Source: Paraspadella gotoi (Eukaryota > Animalia > Chaetognatha). From it: 64,000 nucleotides of DNA. Both the position numbers and the translations under genes were made by a program. The notes under the pieces are model-generated. The model worked only from the letters and a program-made list of their open reading frames with translations, was not told where the DNA came from and searched no databases. Positions 38,114 to 50,842 of this stretch are shown piece after piece. Position 1 is the stretch's first letter; every line of letters begins with the position of its first letter. The stretch spans positions 5,417,197-5,481,196 of the forward strand of contig CM119264.1 in assembly GCA_051294375.1 (NCBI GenBank), given 5' to 3'.

Positions 38114-38506
38114 GTCTCCGTCTCTCTCTCTCTCTCTCTCATTTCCTTACTTGTTCGCTTCTATTTTCAATTCTCGTTGTTTCTCTTTTAAACTCTTTTT
38201 TTTTTCCTTTTCTTCTTCCCTGGTATTTTACCCCCTTTTATTTACCCTTGACATTTTTTCCCCTTATTTTCCATTTCTTTATATTTTGATTTTGTAATTA
38301 CGTATCCTTTTTCTCCATACATTCAATCATTTTGTTTCCATATATTATTTTCTTTTCTCACTCTTTCTCCTTTTACTTTTCCCCTTTCCCTCCTTTCCCT
38401 TTAACCCCATAACACCACCTTTTCATTTTATTTTCTTTTCCTTAATTCCCCTCTCCCCTTTTTTTCCCCATTCATTCTCATTACTTTTTATCGTTGGTCT
38501 CGTTAG

Positions 38507-39149
38507 AAAAAATTCCCCGAAACATTTCCCTTGACGGCGGAAATTCGGGGAAGAAATCCGACCTAAGAATTTATGATCGTCATTTTGGGGCTGACCGAAG
38601 CCAGCGTTAAATCTCCTTCTCTCTCTCTCTATTCTCTCTCTCCTCTTCTCAGTCTCTCTATCTCTCTCTCTCTCTATCTCTATCATACTCTATCGTCTCT
38701 CTATCTCACCCATTTTTTATCATCAAATATTATAAGTCAATGATGTTTAATGTTTATTTTTAAAAAATCAAACATTTAAACACAAAAATTTAATGGCGCG
38801 TTTCACCCAACTGTTCTATTAGTTAATATAAATTCCCATACGTATTTAACTCAGAAAGTGGGTAGAATTGCAATATTTTTAAACTCTCCACCTCCCTCGA
38901 CCACCACCCACTAACCACCTTACCTTCCCCCCCCCCAGCTCCAACGGCCTCAAGAATTTTTAACCTTTAGGATTCGACGAATTTTACGATTCTCCTTTGG
39001 AAATCTCAGCCGACGAACGAAAAGGCCACAGTGCGGAGCCGGATGCAGTCCCGGTTGAAGACTCGGTTGCGGAGCCGGATGAGGACCCAGTTAAAGACTC
39101 GGTTGCGGACCAAATTTCGGTCCCGGTTGCGGTCCCGTCGCGCCCGTAA
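38507..39149 (+). CDS. Two candidate terminal exons (38507-38605, 38971-39149) of an unidentified gene, with a 36-bp coding tandem repeat
   Basis: Pyrimidine-rich acceptors, matching phase 1 junction, open frame KIPRNISLDGGNSGKKSDLRIYDRHFGADRSQ/RFDEFYDSPLEISADERKGHS(AEPDAVPVEDSV)(AEPDEDPVKDSV)ADQ...SRP*. Donor GTTAAA is weak. Confidence 0.4.
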
Positions 39150-40024
39150 TCTTTCGGGCCCCGCACCGCCGTCCCGCCTTGAAAAAATAGTCCACGCATC
39201 TCCTTCTCTTGTTAACTTTAAATCTGGTAAATTTTTGATCGTACGATTGTACGACTGTACGCGCAATCTCAACAAAGTCTTAAAAATGGGGAAGGATGGA
39301 CGGAAGCGGAAAGAAGCGCATAGAAGCGGCGAGAAGCGGTGTCTTGATTCGCTTCAGTGAAGTTAGGGAAAGTCAAACTCGTAAATCTTTTTTACACCCC
39401 CCACCCCCCGGGAGGAGAGAATTGGATTATTATTTGAAATAATTTCCGGACAGTGACGGCTTAAAAGAAACCAAACGAGGAGTCGACTTTACAATCTTAG
39501 ACAGGTAATTATTTTCATGATCTCGCAACTTCGGTATGAATTTGAAATTATGCTTTCTGACGATCGTTATTTTAACGACAATAAACTTGTTTTCATCGAG
39601 AAATAACGTAAACCAATTCTTGGAAAAAAAGCAACAATTTAATAATATCGGGTGTTTTCTTNNNNNNNNNNNNNNNNNNNNNNNNNNNNNNNNNNNNNNN
39701 NNNNNNNNNNNNNNNNNNNNNNNNNNNNNNNNNNNNNNNNNNNNNNNNNNNNNNNNNNNNNNNNNNNNNNNNNNNNNNNNNNNNNNNNNNNNNNNNNNNN
39801 NNNNNNNNTTCTCAGTCGGTGAGGTACAGTTCGAAGATTTGGAATCCAAGCTCTCTCTCTCTCTCTCACAGATCCTCTCTCTCTCTCTATTCTCTCTACA
39901 TCTCTCTCTCTCTCTCTCTCTCCTCTCTCTCTTTCAATATCTCTTCTCCCCCCTCTCTCTCTCTCTAATCCTCTCTCTCTCGTCTCTCTCATCTCTCCTC
40001 CGTCTCTTTCACTCTCTCTCTCCC

Positions 40025-40055
<31 letters not shown>

Positions 40056-40118
40056 ATTTTCCCTCTCCTTTTCCTTTTCATTACTCCTTCTCGTTTTCTT
40101 AACAGATCAACTCTTTTC

Positions 40119-40879
40119 TCAGAAATACTTAAACTCTCCTCCCCCCACGTCCGGGGAACAAGAGGAAGAGGAGGAGCGAGAGCCTAAGGGAAGAGGAGGA
40201 GGAAGAGGAGGAACGCGAGGAGGAGATGAGGAGGAGCAGGTGGAGGAGACGAAGGAGGCGACGCCGGCGGAGACGAGATGCGCCGTCGTCATTTGAGCCA
40301 CGCCCTCTCGCGACGCCGCTACGGGCGACGCCCCCGACGAACCGAACGCCATCGACGCCGGCACCGCTTCGTCGACCACGCCCATCGCGGATGGCGTCAA
40401 GCGAGAGAGAAAAGTCTTTCCGGCGCGTTCGGCGGCGTCGTTGACGTAATCCCGTTGACGCTCGTCGTTGACGTACTCGTTTTCGGCGCCGTCGCCCGTG
40501 ACGCGAACGCCCGGCGTCTCTCCAGCCCCGGCGCCACCCGCCGCCAGCTGGTAGTGATGCTGGTCCAGCAGCTGCAGCTGGAGAACGTCGTAATCCGCGG
40601 CGGCGCCGCTGAGTCGCTGCTGCTGGTGCTGTTGGTGCTGCTGGTGCTGCTGGTGCTGCTGTTGGTGATGATGATGCAAGGCATCGCTGAGGTGTTGCTG
40701 TTGCAAAGCGGCGCCGATCTGCTGTTGCTGCTGCTGTTGTTGATGCTGCAGCGCTAGGGCGGCGACGCCATAGGAGGCCCGGGCGACGTCGTAGTTAATG
40801 TCGCAGCGGAAATCCGGCGTCGGCGTCGCGGCGTCATAGTGCCGGAGATCGGCGTCGAATTGGGAAGTGGGGATCAAAT
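40119..40879 (-). CDS. Probable terminal exon of a low-complexity protein (polyQ/H, Pro/Ser-rich, tandem YVND motifs)
   Basis: 252-codon open frame with strong GC3 bias, acceptor CCGCCTTCCAG at 40880, stop at 40119. Confidence 0.75.
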
Positions 40880-41107
40880 CTGGAAGGCGGTGGGGATTGG
40901 GAAATGAGTCGTGGGGATATCAAGGTAGTGAAAGAAGAGAGAAGTGGTGATTTAAATTTGGGAACACAGGAATTTTAAATTGGGGGACAGGAAAGGGTGT
41001 TGGGGACGGGGAAGAGATCTGGAGATCATAAAAGTAATGAGGACGGGGATATGGGGAAAAATCTAAAAGCAACAACAATAACAACAACAACAACAACGGA
41101 TTTTTAC

Positions 41108-41794
41108 CCAAGTCCGTCGTCCTCAAAGGCTGAGAATGAATCGAGGCTGAAGTCGATGCCGGGTGAAGTACGAAAGAGGGATACTGCAGAGGATGCGGGA
41201 TGGTCGAAATACCCTAAAGGAGAATGGAGCATTTTAAGATTTATATATAAATACCCTGACGGGGAATGAAGCATTTAAAAATATACTGATAAGGATGGGG
41301 GATGGTCGAAATGCCCTGAAGGAGAAAGCGATAAAATTTAAAAAATAAGGAATGGATAAGAGATAAGAAAGGATAATAGAGTGATTTAGTATATGCTGCA
41401 ATGCTGTATTGTAGAAATATTGTGAGAGAAAAATAGAATGCCGTGAAGGAAAAAAAAAAGAATCCAGACGTATGCTCCAAAGGATTATGGATATCCCCAA
41501 CGCATCGGGACCCGATGACCGACTCACTGGGTGATCCGCGCTACTTTCCGCCGCGTAGACAGAAGACTCCGCCAGACCCTGTATTCCTCCGCCGTCGTGG
41601 ATCGAAGCGCCTTCCGATAAACTTGATCCTTTTTTTCAGTTTTAAAAACACACCATTGGTGGTATTTTATTGGTTCGAGTCTTGGGTATCAACATCATTT
41701 TTGTGGCAGGACAGTATGAAGGAATGGGTTGTAATTCAGGGCGGATGAAAATAAAATATATAGAGAGAGAGAGAGGAAAGAGAGAAGTATGAGA

Positions 41795-41864
<70 letters not shown>

Positions 41865-42615
41865 TGAAAGAGAAAGAATAAAAGTATTAACGAGAGACAA
41901 GAAGGGGAGGATAAAATTGACCCACACATACAAAGGCTCTTGAAACGGCGTGGAGCGAGTGGAACCCTTTTGGTTGTTCACCCAAAAGAAATTTCCAAGT
42001 TGGACAAAAATCCTCTAAGAACTAATACCGGGAGGACGTCTTTTACATCCCCGTGAACAAGATTGAAGGTGCCACGATTATTGGGTCATTTCATGCAGCG
42101 TTTATGTCCGGTGTAGCCCCTCTCGTGCTGGCGATCGATCTCACGTTTGATACATCCATCAACTCAATCTTCCATTGTGAAGGCACTACTCTAGGCTGAT
42201 CGCAGAAAATAGGCCAGATAAATCCAGCTCGCATTCGTAAATGGCGATTCCATTATTTTTCTAATTCCAGTTTTATAATTATCCACGTTTTTATATTTTT
42301 AATCGTGCGCTGTTTTTATTTATGTCCAAACACAGTCAGCACTTTTTTATGCGTTTCGCGCACTTGTTCGTTTATACTTGCAATTTATCTTCGCAGACCG
42401 CTATTTTCCGGTAGTTTTTATTTTTATTATACTTTTTGCACGATCGAAATCAGTGAATTCCGAAATACAGTTTTTTTTTTTTTTAAAGTTTTTTCCAGTC
42501 AGGCCCGTAGCACGACGTGGTGGTGGTNNNNNNNNNNNNNNNNNNNNNNNNNGTGCCCATATCTCAACCCCTCTAGCTCTCTCTCTCTCTCTCTCTCATC
42601 TCTCTCTTCTCTCTC

Positions 42616-42655
<40 letters not shown>

Positions 42656-43822
42656 ACTTTACTTTTTTTCCCTCGGGTTTTACTCTCTTCCCTAAATTTT
42701 TCCATTAGCCCCTCTCGTAAAAAAAAGTAGATCCTCCGAAGCACTTATTCATTTTATCCTCTTTCGCATTATCATCGTTCCTCCCCTCCTCTTCTTTCTC
42801 TCTCTCTCTCTCTCTCTTCCTCTCTCTCTCTACTCTCTCTCTCTCTCTCTCTCTCCTCTCAAATTTCCATATTCTTTTTTTTCCTTCCCGGCTCTGAGCC
42901 TCTCATCCATCTTTTCCCCTTCTTTTCTCATCTTTCACCGGATGTTGAGCGACTTGTCTTTTGTCTCCACAAACTTACTCCCCATTCTCCTTCCCCCCCC
43001 ACCCCCTCTTCCTGTCCATTAAAAAACTCATTTCTCGACATGAGAAAGTGTAGTAACTAGCTATTCCATTTTATTAAAATATTACTTCACATCGGCGGAC
43101 TCTGCAAGGATTTGGAAAATCAATTGTCAGTGGTGTAATTGATTACGTGTGAATTTGAATACTGATTTCAAAGTCGGCAAGGCTCCTTAAATAGTTTTCG
43201 TTTCTGCGAATACAAAAAGTACATATGCAATGTATATCATATAAAGTAAATATTGCACAATTTCTCTGTCCGACCTGGAACGGACCAATCTGCCTGGTGA
43301 GAAGCCTAACGTTGACTTTCTGTACGAGATAACAAATTTGCCTCGTGAGATAGTCACCGATATCTAACGCCAACAACGCCAACGCCAAATCGACGCGCAA
43401 AGCAGAACGCCTCGCGACGTAAGCGGCGTTCTCCCCCGCGGCGCGACCTTCCCGCTGGCGGCGCCACTAATCTCGATCCAATTTCGATCGGAAGTCGAAT
43501 TTGGGAGAGAATCTCTTTTTCTGCTCGACGGATTCGCGAATTATCGAATTAGCGAGGAACGAGGTTTTAGCCTCGTTTTGGCGTCGCGTGAGTCGGGCGC
43601 GGAGTCGGCGCCTCGCTGGGCGTTGGCGCCTCGGTGGGCGTGGTGGTTGGTGAGCGTCGTTTCATTGGTGAGCTTGTTTGATTTCTGGTTGTGAAATTTT
43701 GGCTGCGTGACTGTTGAAATAAACTTCGATCAACGAGGGATGAGACAAAATATAAGACCCAAATTGGTCAGACCCATGGATTCACATCGCCTTCGGACGG
43801 AAAGAGAGAGAGAGAGGAGGAG

Positions 43823-43916
<94 letters not shown>

Positions 43917-44250
43917 TTGAATATTAAATATTGAACAATTAGGAGTAGAGCTTTAGGCCAGTTTTCAAAACTACCTCAAAAGTACTTTTATCAAATAGAA
44001 TTTAGCACGATCCTGTTACCTGTTAAAACAATTAATTATACTTCTACTACTTTTTTGTACTTCAATTTTACTTTTCAACTATTCTATCAAGATTACAACG
44101 GGTCATATTAACTTAACTGTTAGTTATACTAAGCTTCTATAATCACTTTCAAGTTACATGACGAATGGACTCTTTCTAAATGTACAGGTAAACAGATTGT
44201 TTTTGTTAGAAAGCCCGATGCCCAAGCCGCAACAAAGAGAGAGAGAGAGT

Positions 44251-44321
<71 letters not shown>

Positions 44322-44398
44322 TTGTTAGCCAGCGCTTCTAAATCATTAGTTTCTACGTCGCTCTTGATTTTCAACGACAGCGGCGACGTTGACGACGT

Positions 44399-44431
<33 letters not shown>

Positions 44432-47400
44432 TTGGTCTTTGCGATGGTGCATTTGAGAACGCTTGACTCTGAGTTGGGCAACGCACGTCAATTTGATCCA
44501 CTTCCGGTCAATAAACTTTGGACCTTTCATCAAAAATGGTGTTTGTGTCTTCTTTTTTGTCAACGATGATAGTCAATAAGATGAAACTAGGGTAAATATC
44601 ACGACGAGGACGACGACGAAAACGACGACGACGATTGCAAGGACGACGACGACAACGACGACCACTACGACGTCGACGAGGAAGACATCAACAACTGAAG
44701 CTCTCACCTTTATGTTGTCGTTTATTTCCTCCTCGCATCATGGTGCCGAGATGAAAGATTGGGTTGCCCCGAGATCGCTGTTGGCTCGACGAGACAGGAC
44801 GGCCGCCGCCGCCGCCGCCGCCCCCGCCCCCCGGCATCAAGGTGGAACGCCCGAAGAGATTGGCGGCGCCGCTGCCCGTGAGTCCGCCGCCGCTCTGGCG
44901 GGGAAATGAGCGAAAGGAGATCAAGATTGAGCGGGACAAAGTTATTGAGAGACAAAGAGGGGCAAAGACATTGTAAAAGTGGATGACATAAACTAATGCA
45001 AAGGATTTTACAATGAGAGAAATGAATTTTGCAAACTCTTATTTCTCTGTTTTTTTATTTCAGTCGCTCACTCTCTCCCGTAATTCAATCGAGATTTAAT
45101 CTATAAATATATTGTACAGTACAGTGATACAAAATAAATATGAGGGACGAATTTAAACTTTCAAAAAATTACAGGGGAACAGACAGAAAAAAAAATAGCG
45201 TAAAGAATCCACTTTTCTTTCGGCGAGAACCCCTTGACATTTATTATGGAAAAGTTCAGCCTCTCGTTCCACCCCCAAAGACGCCCCCGTCTCTCTNNNN
45301 NNNNNNNNNNNNNNNNNNNNNNNNNNNNNNNNNNNNNNNNNNNNNNNNNNNNNNNNNNNNNNNNNNNNNNNNNNNNNNNNNNNNNNNNNNNNNNNNNNNN
45401 NNNNNNNNNNNNNNNNNNNNNNNNNNNNNNNNNNNNNNNNNNNNNNNNNNNNNNNNNNNNNNNNNNNNNNNNNNNNNNNNNNNNNNNNNNNNNNNNNNNN
45501 NNNNNNNNNNNNNNNNNNNNNNNNNNNNNNNNNNNNNNNNNNNNNNNNNNNNNNNNNNNNNNNNNNNNNNNNNNNNNNNNNNNNNNNNNNNNNNNNNNNN
45601 NNNNNNNNNNNNNNNNNNNNNNNNNNNNNNNNNNNNNNNNNNNNNNNNNNNNNNNNTATACTCATCCGCCTCCTCCTCTTCCTCCTCCTCCTCGGTAGGA
45701 AAGGGAAACATAATTCTTAAATCTTACCAAGGGTCTTCGCACGGTTCCGAAGATGGATGGTTTGGTTTGGGATGGAATTCCAATTATCACACCTGAAAGA
45801 CGAAAACGATCGATTAAACTCTCTCTCTCTCCCTCTTACCCATCTTCCTCTTCCTCTTCCTCTCTCCTTCTCTATCTCTCTCTCCCTCTCGGTCTCCACG
45901 ATGCCACCATGTGAACTCGTAGCGAGGTTTGTTTGGGTCGACGGATAATTTTACTTTCGAGGGTATGTACTCNNNNNNNNNNAAAATCCCTCTCAGAAAA
46001 GGGATTAGGAGGGAAGCTTCCCCTTCACTGGCTTCCATCATATGCTCTTCAATTTTTTCTTTCTTTTCTTTTTTTTTTTTTGCTTCGCAAAGTAGAAAAT
46101 AAAAGTCTGCGACAAAACTGCCTTCTCACTTCCCTCACAGTTACCTGCGTGAAACCGAACTTAATCCTTCACAGTTTTCGGCGAACCAATCTAAAAGTTT
46201 TAGTCAGTCATCATAAGTTGCTTCAACAAGCTTTGACTTAAGATTTTTATCATCCTAGATTTACGTGACAGCTACTTTTTGCTACATTTTATTTCTGTAC
46301 TGTTAAACGATGTAGTAAATGTTTCTGTCGTATTGAAATATAACTTCCGTTTTTTCCCCAGCACTTTAAATCTTTTTTTTTTCCTCAATTTGGCTCCATA
46401 ACTGTAACCCAGTTTTTCCCGACTCAAAATTCTGATAACATCTCCCGGTTTCTCCATTAACTTCGCCGCTTTAAATCGTCCCTTCCTTTTTCCGCATCCA
46501 CCTACCCGAGTCCCTGCTCCCGTTGATGTATCCCCCGCTCCTGTCGACGACCGACTCCAGCGCCGGGTTCCTGGAGCCGTCGAGGGTGACGTGGCTGTCG
46601 AGGGTGGAGCCTTCGGCGCTCCCTGGGCTGAGGGCGCAGGAGGAGGGACAGTCTTTGAACTCCCAGAAGTAGGTGGTGGAAGGGAGGACGCTGGAGACGG
46701 AGAGCGGGGCGTCGACGGGGTCCTTGGGGATGTTAAGCGGTGGGGAAAGAGAAGAGATCCTATTTTTCGCGACTTTGACTACATAATCAGTCAATCCAAT
46801 CACCCAACCAACCCTCCCACTCAATCGAACCATCCGAATTCTATCCTGCCAACCGATCAATCATCACCTGTCCTCCGAACTTCGCATCTGATTGGCTGCT
46901 CCGTCCGCCGCCGCCATCGAGCAAAAGATGTCGCGATATTTGAGGAGGAGGAAGAGGATGCAAAGGAGGAGGAAGAGGGCGAGGCGACGCGCGATGATGA
47001 GGGATTCGGTAGACGCCTGGGGGGGAGGAAGGGGGGAAGAGGATGGCGGAAGTGGGGAGAGACAGTGAGGGAGGAAGCGAAGGGAAAGGGGGAAAAGATA
47101 GTGAAGGAGGAAAGGAAAAAAGGAGGAAAAGGAAAGAGAGGGGGGAGAGAGAGAGGAGACGTGAAAGGATGGAAAGAAATTGAGGGTAGTAAAAACGTTA
47201 AGGAAGGGGATGAGGGATTGTGGGGGGAAGCAGAGGGTAGGAATTGTGGGAGGGAGGCAGGGAGGAGGGATTGTTGGGGGGAGGCGGGCAGGGATTGTAG
47301 GGGAGGACAGTGGGTGAGGGATAGTGGGGAGGCAGGGGGGAGGGAATTGTGGGGGAGTAGGGGGGGGGAGTGATTGAAGGAGAGAAGAAAGAGAGTGAGT

Positions 47401-49722
47401 GAGAATGGTAGGGGAGTAGGGGAAGAAAAGAGTAAAGAGAGAAGGAATTAAGGAAGGAGAGATTAAGAATATAGGAATGAAGAGGAAAATTAAATGAAGT
47501 AGGAGGGGAAAAGATGGGAAAAGGGAAGGAAGATAAAATAAAGTGGAGGGAAAAGGAAAATAGTGGAAAAAATGTAAGGGAGAGCACGAGGAAACGGTAA
47601 AAAGTGGATCCGGTCTGATCATCACGAGCGACGATTACGACGGACGACGACGACGACGACGACGACGACGCGAAGCGAAAATGAGAGAAAGTCGACGGCG
47701 CGGAAGTATAACCCGCGGTTATATTTTATTTTTAGTTTCCCTTATTTTTATTTTTCGCTTTTTTCATTTCGTCGATGATAAGATGACGCTCCTTTTCCGT
47801 TTGTATTTTGACGACGTGAAAAAGAAGTTGTTTATATTTTCTTCCGCTTCTCATACTATCTTCGAGACTTATCTCGATATTAATTTCTCGACACCGCGCC
47901 GTTTTGTTCTTAACATTGTATTAGCCACATAAGCCATTTTCTTCGTGGGTGATAATCCAATCAGGACTCACCTATGATTCCAGATCTCCCATTGGTCATC
48001 GTCCGCCGTGAGTTCAGTCCCCATTGGCTCGCGGTCCGAACTCCGGGTTTCCAAATCCAACCTGAAAAGCAGAAATCCGGAAATGAGCGGGTGAAGACGG
48101 GCGGGTACCGAGACAATGGCTTGCAAGGAATACAGAGACAGGCGAAAGCGCGTTCAGGCGTTTCAGGTCAACGACAGGCGACGTCGTTACAGGGTCGTAA
48201 CATGTTTTAGACGACGTCGTGGCTTCTGTCTNNNNNNNNNNNNNNNNNNNNNNNNNNNNNNNNNNNNNNNNNNNNNNNNNNNNNNNNNNNNNNNNNNNNN
48301 NNNNNNNNNNNNNNNNNNNNNNNNNNNNNNNNNNNNNNNNNNNNNNNNNNNNNNNNNNNNNNNNNNNNNNNNNNNNNNNNNNNNNNNNNNNNNNNNNNNN
48401 NNNNNNNNNNNNNNNNNNNNNNNNNNNNNNNNNNNNNNNNNNNNNNNNNNNNNNNNNNNNNNNNNNNNNNNNNNNNNNNNNNNNNNNNNNNNNNNNNNNN
48501 NNNNNNNNNNNNNNNNNNNNNNNNNNNNNNNNNNNNNNNNNNNNNNNNNNNNNNNNNNNNNNNNNNNNNNNNNNNNNNNNNNNNNNNNNNNNNNNNNNNN
48601 NNNNNNNNNNNNNNNNNNNNNNNNNNNNNNNNNNNNNNNNNNNNNNNNNNNNNNNNNNNNNNNNNNNNNNNNNNNNNNNNNNNNNNNNNNNNNNNNNNNN
48701 NNNNNNNNNNNNNNNNNNNNNNNNNNNNNNNNNNNNNNNNNNNNNNNNNNNNNNNNNNNNNNNNNNNNNNNNNNNNNNNNNNNNNNNNNNNNNNNNNNNN
48801 NNNNNNNNNNNNNNNNNNNNNNNNNNNNNNNNNNNNNNNNNNNNNNNNNNNNNNNNNNNNNNNNNNNNNNNNNNNNNNNNNNNNNNNNNNNNNNNNNNNN
48901 NNNNNNNNNNNNNNNNNNNNNNNNNNNNNNNNNNNNNNNNNNNNNNNNNNNNNNNNNNNNNNNNNNNNNNNNNNNNNNNNNNNNNNNNNNNNNNNNNNNN
49001 NNNNNNNNNNNNNNNNNNNNNNNNNNNNNNNNNNNNNNNNNNNNNNNNNNNNNNNNNNNNNNNNNNNNNNNNNNNNNNNNNNNNNNNNNNNNNNNNNNNN
49101 NNNNNNNNNNNNNNNNNNNNNNNNNNNNNNNNNNNNNNNNNNNNNNCTGTCTGGTCGTCACAGAATTCTCCATAACGGAAATGGGAGGATGTGTGAAAAT
49201 TTTGTCACTGTCGGTGTCAAAGTAATTGTGAGTCACAGTCCCACGTCAACAAATCATTGTCTCACCAACATGCCTCCGTCCTATTCACAAGAACCAACTC
49301 TATCATTACCGCGCCAACGTCATATTTACCGAGTCAGGGTGACATTCACGGCGCCAAAGTGAAAGTCGACGTGACACCGAAACTCAAAAATTCACCTAAA
49401 GACGTCAACCGACGATAGAGGGAGATGTTGGAGGCGGCGGCGGCGAAGGCGTCCGTGTGAGAGGAGGAAGAGGAGGAGGAGAAGGATGAGGAGGGGGATG
49501 AATCTCATCTCTCCTCTCGAACTCCTCTCTCTCTCTCTTCTCTCTCTTCTCTCTCTCTCCAGACCACCACTATCCTCTCTCTCCCCTTTCAGGTCTCCAC
49601 TCTTCGGAAATCCATCAAATCTCTCGGAGCTTCCTTCCACTCTCTTCNNNNNNNNNNNNNNNNNNNNNNNNNTTTTCCCTTTAAGAGAATCTCTTCTCCG
49701 CCTTTTTGGAGATGGGCCTCTC

Positions 49723-49778
<56 letters not shown>

Positions 49779-50807
49779 ATCTCTCTCTCTCTCTCCAGAC
49801 CACCACTATCCTCTCTTCCCCTTTCAGGTCTCCACTCTTCGGAATCCATCAAATCTCTCGAGCTTCCTTCCACTCCTCTTCTTCATCCCCCCTCATCCTT
49901 CTCCTCCTCCTCTTCCTCCTCTCCACACGGACGCCTCGCCGCCGGCCGCCTCCAACATCTCCCTCTATCGTCGGTTGAGTCTTTAGGTGAATTTTTGAGT
50001 TTCGGTGTCACGTCGACTTTCACTTTGGCGCCGTGAATGTCACCCCTGACTCGGTAAATAATGACGTTTGGCGCGGTAATGATAGAGTTGGTTCTTGTGA
50101 ATAGGAACGAGGCATGTTGGTGATGAACATGATTTGTTGACTGTGGAAACTTTTAGTCTCACTACAACGTGACATTGTGACTCACAATTACTCTGACACG
50201 ACAGTGACAAAATTTTCACACATCCTCCCATTTCCGTTATGGAGAAATTTGTGACGACCAAACAGAAGCCACGCGTCGTCTAAAACATGTTACGACCTGT
50301 AACGACGTCGGCCTGTCGTGACCTGAAACGCCTGACCGCTTTCGCCTGTCTCTGTATTCCTTGCAGCCATGTGTCTCGGTACCCGCCCGTTTCACACCGC
50401 TCATTTCCGGATTTCTGCTTTTTCAGGTTGGATTTGGAAACCCGGAGTTCGGACCGCGAGCCAATGGGGGACTGAAGCTCACGGCGGACGATGACCAATG
50501 GGAGATCTGGAATCATAGGTGAGTCCTGATTGGATTATCACCACGAAGAAAATGGCTTATTGGTAATAAATGTTAAGACAAACGGCGCGTGTCGAGAAAT
50601 ATATCGAGATAAGTCTCGAAGATAGTATGAGAAGCGGAAGAAAATTAAACAAACTTCTTTTTCACTCGTCAAATACAAACGGGAAAAGGAGCGTCATCTT
50701 ATCATCGAACGAAAGAAAACAAGCGAGAAAATAAAAATAAGGAAACTAAAAATAAAATATACCGCGGGTTATACATTCCGCGCCGTCGACTTTCTCTCAT
50801 TTCGCTT

Positions 50808-50842
<35 letters not shown>

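Noticed and set aside
39031-39120. CRISPR-like 36-bp repeats
   Set aside because: Only ~2.3 adjacent copies, no spacers, eukaryotic context; consistent with a coding tandem repeat.
41530-41730. Weak Merlin/IS1595-like transposase motif on the minus strand (NTTNGVFLKLKKRI...EEYRVWR)
   Set aside because: Similarity too weak, has an in-frame stop and overlaps a candidate host exon.
46591-47625. 250-aa ORFs on both strands
   Set aside because: Purine/pyrimidine-skewed intron sequence; only the short minus-strand exons are supported.
48116-49236. ORFs of 300+ aa
   Set aside because: Almost entirely N-gap.
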